NCBI GenBank assembly: GCA_041687695.1
Contig: JAWLBL010000050.1
Coordinates: 1 to 23,513, forward strand
Direction of reading: 5' to 3'
Origin: Myxococcota bacterium
GTDB taxonomy: Bacteria; Myxococcota_A; UBA9042; PHBI01; JAWLBL01
DNA length: 23,513 nt
The position numbers were made by a program, and so were the translations under genes. Position 1 is the first letter of the stretch, and each line of letters starts with the position of its first letter. Positions 7,638 to 14,057 of this stretch are shown in pieces. The notes under the pieces were generated by a model. The model had not been told where the DNA came from and did no database searches. It saw only the letters and a program-made list of their open reading frames with translations.

Positions 7638-9266
7638 ATGACGCGCGGAAACCTCGGAAACGCCTTGAAATTCTCGATTGCGGCCGCGCTCCTGGCGGCC
7701 TGCGGAGATCCGGGGGGTGGCGGGTCCTACGGCTGGCCGCCGCTCGACGTCCCGGGAGACCTCTCCGACGACGCCTCCAAGGGCGACCTCCCCGAGCCCG
7801 ACGGCTCCGACCCCGACGCGGGCGCCGACGCCGAGTCGGGCGACACGACGACGGGCGACGAGGGGCCCGACGCCTCCCTGCCCGACACCGTCGTCCCGGA
7901 CGCCCTGCCCGACACGCAGCCGGGCGACACCGGCCCCGACGCCCTGCCCGACACGCAGCCCGGCGACACCGGCCCCGACACCCTCCCGGACACGCAGCCC
8001 GGCGACACTTCTTCTGACACGGGCCCCGACACCGGCCCCCAGCCGGTCACCTCGACCATCGCCGGCCTGCAGCTGCTCGCCGAAGAGGCCGGCTGCAACG
8101 AGTCCGGCAGCGTCGAGCTGGCCCCCGCCGTCGTCATCCCCGAGGCCGTCGTCACCAGCCCCGCGTTCGAGGTCTCCGACACCCTCGTCGGCTACTTCCT
8201 CCAGGACCCGGCGGGCGGCGAGTGGGCCAGCATCCTCGCGGTGGTCACCGCCACCGCCGACCCCGGCCTCGCCCCCGGCGCTCGCGTCGCGGCCACGGGC
8301 AAGCTGCAAGAGTTCTACTGCTTCACCCAGCTCGGCTTCGCCCAGCTGACGCCCCTCTCCACCGGAACCGCCCCCGCGCCCACCCCGCTCGCCCCATCGG
8401 TCGCCATCAGCGAGGCCTGGGAGGGCGCCCTCGTCCAGGTGAAGAACGTCGAGATCACCAGCAAGGTCGCCAACGGCGTCTACGCCACGAGCGGCGGCTT
8501 CCTCATCGAGCACGGCTTCGACTTCCTGCTCTCGCTCGAGGTCGGCGAGACCTACGACCTCACCGGCACCATGCGCTACGCGTTCGGCCAGCGCCGCCTC
8601 CACCCGCGCTCGCTCGCCGACATCACGGTCTCTCCCCCGCCGGCTCCCCATGCCATCGTCACCCTGCAGTCCAGCCCCGACAGCGTCGCCTGCGCGAACA
8701 CCGAGGCCGCCGTGGACATCGGCCCGGTCAGCTTCGAGGCCATCACCGTCACCCCGCGGATGACCCTCTCGGGCACCTACCTCGGCCAGTACGTCGTCGC
8801 CCCGGGCGCCGGCCCCTACGGCGGCGTCTTCGTCGTCACGACCACCTCGCTCGCCCTGCCCGAGGTCCCCGCCGGCCACCTCGTCAGCGTCGCGGGCGTC
8901 CACCACGAGTACTACTGCTTCACCGAGGTCCTCGCCTCCTCGGTCACCGACCTGGGCCCCGCGCCGACCGCCGCCCCGCCCCCGCCCGAGCTCTCGCCCT
9001 TCGAGCTCACCCAGGACCTCGAAGCCTGGGAGGGCCTCGAGGTCACCGTCCGAAACCTCCAGGTCACCGACGTCACCAAGCTCGCGACCAGCGGCACCTT
9101 CAGCACCGACTACGGCCTCGACGTCGAGAGCGCCTATCTCAGCCCCAAGCTCTCGGGCTTTGTGGTCGGCGACTACGTCGACGTCACCGCCTTCGTCCGC
9201 TACTCGTTCGGCACCTACCGCCTCGCCCCCACCTCCGCCTCGAAGGTGGTCTACAGCGCCTTCTGA
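7638..9266 (+). CDS. Lipoprotein with Asp/Pro/Thr linker and two tandem YhcR/ExeM-like OB-fold modules
   Basis: RBS AAGGAGG and lipobox LAAC. Internal duplication: TIAGLQ..GYFLQDP..EFYCFTQL..EAWEGALV..YAFGQRRL versus IVTLQ..EYYCFTEV..EAWEGLEV..YSFGTYRL. Confidence 0.8.
   Translation: MTRGNLGNALKFSIAAALLAACGDPGGGGSYGWPPLDVPGDLSDDASKGDLPEPDGSDPDAGADAESGDTTTGDEGPDASLPDTVVPDALPDTQPGDTGPDALPDTQPGDTGPDTLPDTQPGDTSSDTGPDTGPQPVTSTIAGLQLLAEEAGCNESGSVELAPAVVIPEAVVTSPAFEVSDTLVGYFLQDPAGGEWASILAVVTATADPGLAPGARVAATGKLQEFYCFTQLGFAQLTPLSTGTAPAPTPLAPSVAISEAWEGALVQVKNVEITSKVANGVYATSGGFLIEHGFDFLLSLEVGETYDLTGTMRYAFGQRRLHPRSLADITVSPPPAPHAIVTLQSSPDSVACANTEAAVDIGPVSFEAITVTPRMTLSGTYLGQYVVAPGAGPYGGVFVVTTTSLALPEVPAGHLVSVAGVHHEYYCFTEVLASSVTDLGPAPTAAPPPPELSPFELTQDLEAWEGLEVTVRNLQVTDVTKLATSGTFSTDYGLDVESAYLSPKLSGFVVGDYVDVTAFVRYSFGTYRLAPTSASKVVYSAF
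7899..8008 (+). repeat. Coding tandem repeat, about 2.8 x 39 bp (DALPDTQPGDTGP)
   Basis: Units start at 7899, 7938 and 7977 and are near identical. Confidence 0.85.
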
Positions 9267-9268
9267 CG
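9173..9268 (+). repeat. 96-bp direct repeat copy A (3' end of the lipoprotein gene)
   Basis: 91/96 identical to 12938-13033. Confidence 0.95.
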
Positions 9269-9361
9269 ACTTGCCTCGCACCCTCCCAGGGGGCCGCCGG
9301 CTTCCAGCCGGCCGAACCGCCGCCGAACCTTGCGCCCGCCGCCTGGGACCGCCGGCTTCCA

Positions 9362-9534
9362 GAGGGTGTCGCAAAAGCCCAACCGGAGTGCTCCACCTTG
9401 GTGGAGCCCCCATCCGGCGCAGCTTGCTGCGCCGGGTTTGGCGGCCAGATCCCGGCGGCAAGCCGCCGGGGCCGGGGCTCCGGCAAGCCGGAGCACTCCA
9501 TGGCCGCCTCAGCGGGCATCAATACGACACCCTC
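9362..9534. mobile_element. 173-bp MITE-like element inserted in a REP loop
   Basis: Perfect 10-bp terminal inverted repeats GAGGGTGTCG/CGACACCCTC, with TTCCA direct repeats at 9357-9361 and 9535-9539. Removing it restores GCCGGC-TTCCA-GCCGGC. Confidence 0.8.
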
Positions 9535-9567
9535 TTCCAGCCGGCCGAACCTGCGTCTTTGTCGTGA

Positions 9568-9618
9568 GGGCGCCGCGAGCGGCGCGATCCAACCAGCCCT
9601 CGCTAGCGAGGGCACTCC
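9568..9618. repeat. 51-bp repeat (GGAGTGC-hairpin class), inverted partner of 11530-11580
   Basis: 48/51 identical to the reverse complement of 11530-11580. Confidence 0.88.
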
Positions 9619-9736
9619 AGGGCCGATCCAACGCCCCCTGGACCGCCGGCTTCCAGCCGGCCGACTCGCCATCCCGACCTTGCCCCCACCCAGCCGCTGC
9701 CCCAGGCTACGCCTCCCCAAACCCGGAGCCTCCACC

Positions 9737-10015
9737 GTGCGCCTCTTCCTCACCCTGACCCTCCTCACCCTCCTGCCGGCCTGCTCGAAGACCGACCCCA
9801 AGGCCACCGCCACCTGCGAGCAGGCCGCCGACAAGTGGGTCTCCTGCACCCGCGAGCTGCTCGGCGACGAGATGGCCCAGGTCGCCGCCTCCAAGCGCGA
9901 CGTCGCCGCCTGCGCCTCCGACCCCAAGACGGTCGCGCTGTGGGAGGCCTGCCTCCCCAAGCCCTGCGACCAGCTCATGGACTGCCTCGACGCCCAGGTC
10001 CAGGCCTCCCCCTGA
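9737..10015 (+). CDS. Small Cys-rich lipoprotein (92 aa)
   Basis: GTG start with GGAG RBS, hydrophobic signal with LPAC lipobox, six further Cys, and GC3-rich codons. Confidence 0.75.
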   Translation: MRLFLTLTLLTLLPACSKTDPKATATCEQAADKWVSCTRELLGDEMAQVAASKRDVAACASDPKTVALWEACLPKPCDQLMDCLDAQVQASP

Positions 10016-10159
10016 CCCGGCCCTCCCACCAGCCGGTCGACTCTCTCTGCGTGACGTGACCTCTGCCCCTTTGCGGCTGGCCCGGACGACCCCGCGCGCG
10101 TACCGGTCTCTCGACGGACCCTCGTCGGGTCTCTCGAACGGACGTCGCCCGAGGTCGCC

Positions 10160-10357
10160 TTGCCATTCATCAAGCTGAGACCCGCGCAGCGGCTGGCCGT
10201 CGCGCTCATCGTCCTGGGCAAGCTGGCCGGCCTGACCACGGTCGTCCTGGTCCTGGTCCAGAGCCCCGGCGCTGCGGTCGGGCTCGTCGCCTACGCGGCC
10301 CTCATCGCCCTCTGTATCCTGGTCGCCTTCATCGACAGGATGCAGCATAGATCCTGA
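10160..10357 (+). CDS. Small two-helix membrane protein (65 aa)
   Basis: TTG start with GAGG upstream, two hydrophobic segments, and GC3-rich codons. Confidence 0.6.
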   Translation: MPFIKLRPAQRLAVALIVLGKLAGLTTVVLVLVQSPGAAVGLVAYAALIALCILVAFIDRMQHRS

Positions 10358-10404
10358 CGACAGGGCGAACGGATGTGCCGCGGCCGGTGCCGTGCGGGGC
10401 CGGC

Positions 10405-11079
10405 TCAGGGCGTTCGGACGCAGATCGCGTATGTGCCGATGTCGACCTCGACCGGGTTGTGGCTCAAGTGCCCGTTGCGCAGGTGGAGATAGCACGGGTA
10501 GTCGGGCGGTGAGGTCGTCATCGAAGAAGACCAGTAGAGTTGGCAGTGCGAGCCCATCTCGGTCGGCCAGTAACAACCGTTGAGGCCAGGGCCCTGGCCG
10601 TCCATGCACCCCATGCAGTCTTCGCCGTGGTAGCACTCCGTGGACTCGTCGGGGCAGGCGTGGGTCGTCGGACAGGCCCCTCCCGTGGCCGTCTCGTCGC
10701 AGCCCCGGACCAGGCTGCGCAGGTCGTCGATGGTGGGGAGCGTCCAGTCGGCGTAACCGGCCAGCTCGAGCGCCTCGCAGTAAGCGACCGCCTCGTACCA
10801 GTCGAGGCCGGTCCGCGGGTCCGGCGCCTCGGGGATCTGCCACATCAACCCGGTGGTCGGGTCGGTCCAGATGGCCCCGTCGGGTGCAGGCTGTTCGCCG
10901 TCATCGGTCGCGTCGCCGTCCGTCGTGTCACCGTCGTCCGTCGTGTCGGCCGAGTCCCCGGTGCCGGCATCACCATCGCTCATGTCCACGATGGCGCCGC
11001 CCGAGTCGTCGCCGCAGGCCGCGATGGGGAGGAGCGCGCAAAGGAAGGCGAGCGCGTAACGCGAAGAGATCATGGTCAT
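10405..11079 (-). CDS. DUF1566 (Lcl C-terminal-like) lipoprotein with a Cys-rich insertion
   Basis: Lipobox IAAC, acidic linker, WTDPTTGLMWQ, DWYEAVAYCEALELAGYADWTLPTIDDLRSL, YWSSS, and terminal CVR. Confidence 0.87.
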   Translation of the reverse strand: MTMISSRYALAFLCALLPIAACGDDSGGAIVDMSDGDAGTGDSADTTDDGDTTDGDATDDGEQPAPDGAIWTDPTTGLMWQIPEAPDPRTGLDWYEAVAYCEALELAGYADWTLPTIDDLRSLVRGCDETATGGACPTTHACPDESTECYHGEDCMGCMDGQGPGLNGCYWPTEMGSHCQLYWSSSMTTSPPDYPCYLHLRNGHLSHNPVEVDIGTYAICVRTP

Positions 11080-11147
11080 GCAGAATGCCTTTCACGGAGC
11101 CCATGGAACCGGCCCGGAGCCGTCGCCTTCGACGCCTCCACTCGGTA

Positions 11148-11307
11148 CCGCGGTGACCGACCAGCTTGAACCCGCCGTACGGCGCCCGCGACGCCTCTGG
11201 ACGGCGTCGTCAATCCTCGGCGATGCTTTGGCATCGCCTCCGGTTTCCTCCTTGCCAGAGACGCCGCGAACACCGCCCTTCGGGCTCAATCTGGTCGATC
11301 ACCGCCA
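11148..11307 (-). mobile_element. 160-bp TA-flanked long palindromic element (MITE-like or structured RNA)
   Basis: Outer 25-bp inverted repeat 11150-11174/11281-11305, inner 21-bp stem 11180-11200/11255-11275, central hairpin GGCGATGC-tttg-GCATCGCC. TA lies symmetrically at 11146-47 and 11308-09. Confidence 0.65.
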
Positions 11308-11529
11308 TAGAGTCGGTTCATCCCGTCCGCAAGCATCCCCCGCGTTCAGGACATCCGTGGGTACCCACTACGACACCGTGCGTTCATCGCGCGCGCAAGA
11401 AAAAGGTTCGCGAGCTGCCCGGCCATGAACGAACCTCTGCCGCCGCTGATGAGGGCGGCAAGCCGGTCATCGCCGACTCTGTCCGCCGGGTGGCCTCAGG
11501 GAAGCCGCTCCAGCCATTTCGGCCCGCTC

Positions 11530-11580
11530 GGAGTGCCCTCGCTCGCGAGGGCTCGCTGGATCGCGCCGCTCGCGGCGCCC
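11530..11580. repeat. 51-bp repeat, inverted partner of 9568-9618
   Basis: Starts GGAGTGCCCTCGC-tc-GCGAGGGC (hairpin) and is 48/51 identical to the reverse complement of 9568-9618. Confidence 0.88.
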
Positions 11581-11821
11581 CCCGCCAGCCTTCGGCACGT
11601 CGCGCAATCCGACTCCCCGCAGGTTCCCCCGCTCTCACCGACCCGCCGGCCTGCCGATCCCGGCGCCGCGTTTCCGCGGTAACGTCCTCGGCCCCGTCGA
11701 CCCGCCGGCTCTGGCCTCCCTCGCCTCACCCGCCTCGCGGTGCTCGACGAGGGCTGGTTCACAAGCCGTCAACGACCTTCGACCCGGCCCCTGGGCCCGG
11801 CTGTGTCGAAGGGTGGCGCGC

Positions 11822-12847
11822 TCAGGGGCGGGGGTTGGCCTCGAAGAAGCGCCAGAGGGTCTCGGTGTCGATGTCGTGGGTGACTCGGCCGATGCGGCGC
11901 TCGGGGAGGTAGGGGTGGCCGCTGGGCCAGGTGTGGCCGCCGCCTTCGTCGGTGAGGAGGAGGGTGGGGGCGCGGCAGTTGGGCCAGGTGGTCTGGGTGA
12001 CGGTGGTGTGGTCGGGGGTGAGGTCGGGCAGGGGCGAGGTGGTGGGGGTGGGGTCGCAGCCGTTGGTCTGCGCCCAGGCGGTCATTGACTGGGAGACGGA
12101 GGCGAGGCGCTTGCCGTCGGCTTGGAGGCAGGCCTGGGGGCCGCCTTCGTAGGCCCAGCATGGGTCGTCGCGGCCGTGGACCTGGAGGACGGGGACCGGG
12201 CGGGAGGGGGTGCAGCCCTGGTCGGCGGCGAGCTGGTTGGTGCCTCCCACGGCGGCGATGGCGGCGATGCGGTCGGGCAGCTCGCAGGCGAGGCGGTGGC
12301 TCATGGCGGCGCCGTTGGAGAGGCCGGTGGCGTAGACGCGGTGGGGGTCGACCTTCAGGGCGAGGGCGAGCTCGTCGAGCAGGGCGCGGAAGTAGGCGAC
12401 GTCGTCGACGCCGTCTTCGCAGGCGCGGCCGCTGACGCAGCGCCAGTCCTGGTGGCCGCCGCCGGCGTTCCAGGTGCGGATGCGGGGGGCGAGGCGGGAG
12501 GAGGTGCCGTTGGGGTAGGCGACGATGAAGTCCTCGCGGTCGGCGAGGTTGCCGAGGCACTGGGGGGCGCTGGTGTCGCCGTTGGGACAGGTGATGCGCT
12601 CTTTGTTCTCGGCGTTGCCGCCGCCGCCGTGGAGGGCCAGGACCAGGGGCCGGGGCGTAGTGGCGTCGTAGCCTTCGGGGAGGCGGACGAGGACGTCGCG
12701 GTCCTCCCAGCCGGGGACGGCGCAGCGGACGAGGCCGGCGGCGGTTGGGCGGTGGTCGGCGCAGCGGACGGCCGGGGCCGTGGCGCACCCGGAGAGGGCG
12801 GCGAGGGCGAGGAGGGCCGGGGTGAGGCGGAGCAGGGCGGCGTTCAT
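11822..12847 (-). CDS. Lipoprotein alpha/beta-hydrolase esterase (LpqC / PHB depolymerase family)
   Basis: Lipobox LSGC, PLVLALHGGGG, VAYPNG, WNAG, DDVAYF, GLSNG nucleophile elbow, HGRDD and GGGHTWP. An alternative start is ATG 12859. Confidence 0.9.
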   Translation of the reverse strand: MNAALLRLTPALLALAALSGCATAPAVRCADHRPTAAGLVRCAVPGWEDRDVLVRLPEGYDATTPRPLVLALHGGGGNAENKERITCPNGDTSAPQCLGNLADREDFIVAYPNGTSSRLAPRIRTWNAGGGHQDWRCVSGRACEDGVDDVAYFRALLDELALALKVDPHRVYATGLSNGAAMSHRLACELPDRIAAIAAVGGTNQLAADQGCTPSRPVPVLQVHGRDDPCWAYEGGPQACLQADGKRLASVSQSMTAWAQTNGCDPTPTTSPLPDLTPDHTTVTQTTWPNCRAPTLLLTDEGGGHTWPSGHPYLPERRIGRVTHDIDTETLWRFFEANPRP

Positions 12848-12937
12848 GTCGTGGAGCATTAGCGGGTCGCGGGCCGGGCTGCAAGGCGCCGGGGGCGCAG
12901 GCGGCGGCAAGACCGTTTGGGTCTGACCCCTGGGCCC

Positions 12938-13033
12938 CTACGTCGACGTCACCGCCTTCGTCCGCTACTCGTTCGGGACCTACCGCCTCGCCCCGACCTC
13001 CGCCTCCAAGGTGGCCTTCAGCGCCTTCTGACG
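12938..13033 (+). pseudogene. Orphan copy of the last ~31 codons of the OB-fold lipoprotein gene (repeat copy B)
   Basis: Encodes YVDVTAFVRYSFGTYRLAPTSASKVAFSAF* versus ...KVVYSAF* in the gene. No start and no upstream coding region. Confidence 0.85.
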
Positions 13034-13247
13034 GCCTCCCCCGCGTCCATCGGAGTGCCCGCGCCCTCGCGGCCCCCGGTGAGGCGCCCGCGCTTGCGCG
13101 GGCTCGTTGGTTTGCAATGCTTGCGGCGCCCTCCATCCAGCGTTTCCTCCCCCCCGGCACTCGCCACCTCCACCCAACCCAGCTCCAACCCCACCACCAG
13201 GCCCCCGTCGAGCAACGTCGTCAGCCCTCTGCCGTCGCAGCACGCCG

Positions 13248-13275
13248 GTGACAGCCACCACGGCGACGCTATACT
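13248..13275 (+). promoter_or_regulatory. Putative sigma70 promoter of the TA operon
   Basis: GTGACA-N16-TATACT about 40 nt upstream of GTG 13318. An ACGGC/GCCGT inverted repeat brackets the -10. Confidence 0.55.
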
Positions 13276-13317
13276 TGCCGTCAGCAACCCGCTGCCCCCA
13301 GCCATCGGGGAGGCCCC

Positions 13318-13545
13318 GTGTCCCAGCCAGAGCCTTTGAAGGCTGAAGACCTCTTGCCGCTCGTCCAGAAGCTGTCGCACGACGAGCAGGTCAGGCTAGC
13401 GCGACTCGCCTTGAAGTCGGCCGCTGCACGCGGAGACGCCGAGACCTACCGAGCCCACCCCCCAGCCTCCGAGGAGTTTGTCACCGACGAGGACCCTCTG
13501 GCCTGGGACGCCGACGGATGGGAGCCCGACGATGCGCCGGGGTGA
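13318..13545 (+). CDS. Putative type II antitoxin (75 aa, acidic C-terminus)
   Basis: GGGGAGG RBS, overlap with the toxin start by 14 nt, and an acidic Trp-containing tail. The call is positional. Confidence 0.72.
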   Translation: MSQPEPLKAEDLLPLVQKLSHDEQVRLARLALKSAAARGDAETYRAHPPASEEFVTDEDPLAWDADGWEPDDAPG

Positions 13546-13858
13546 GATCCGCTGGTACACCTTCGCGAGACCCGACAAGAGGCGCCCGGTGCTCATCCTG
13601 ACGCGGGACGACGTACTGGATGCGCTCAACGAGGTCATCGTCGTCCCCGCAACCCGCACCGTCCGCGGCCTCGCGACCGAGGTGCTCCTGACGACCGACG
13701 ACGGCATGCCGTCCGATTGCGCCCTGAACTTCGACCACATCTCCCTCGCGCAGCGAACACGCATTGGCTCGCTCATCACCACGCTCGACCCGATGCGTTG
13801 GTCAGAGGTGCAGAGGGCCCTGCTCATCGCGTGCGGCTCCCAACCTCACGACGCATGA
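13532..13858 (+). CDS. mazF: PemK/MazF family endoribonuclease toxin
   Basis: MRRGEIRW..PDKRRPVLILTR..VIVVPAT.TVRGL..EV..DGMP..CALNFDH motifs. ATG at 13532. Confidence 0.92.
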   Translation: MRRGEIRWYTFARPDKRRPVLILTRDDVLDALNEVIVVPATRTVRGLATEVLLTTDDGMPSDCALNFDHISLAQRTRIGSLITTLDPMRWSEVQRALLIACGSQPHDA

Positions 13859-14057
13859 GCGATTGGGGGTCTCGTCAGGTCACGTCCGCAAAGTTGGACG
13901 CTTTCGCGCGCTGAACGAGACGGTTCATTCCACTGGCTGCGTCAGAGAGATACACCATCGAAGGGGCGCATGCTGCGCCCGATGGAGGCGGCCGGGTTCA
14001 GGACGAGGCCGGGGGTAGTGGTCGCCGATCACGAGGTCCGTGCGGCGTTGGCCTCTG

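Noticed and set aside
10405..10520. DUF1566 C-terminus as a DGR variable region
   Set aside because: No template-repeat copy or reverse transcriptase is visible in the window; action in trans cannot be excluded.
11357..11368. Perfect 12-bp palindrome GTGGGTACCCAC
   Set aside because: Single occurrence with no convincing promoter context.
9173..13033. 96-bp repeat pair as a DGR template/variable repeat
   Set aside because: The differences are C/G, C/G, G/C, T/C and A/T, not adenine-specific, and no reverse transcriptase is in the window.
13855..13930. attC-like hairpin after mazF (GTCTCGTCAG...CTGAACGAGAC)
   Set aside because: There is no proper RYYYAAC/GTTRRRY pair with symmetric spacers and no integrase. 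It is kept only as a generic hairpin.
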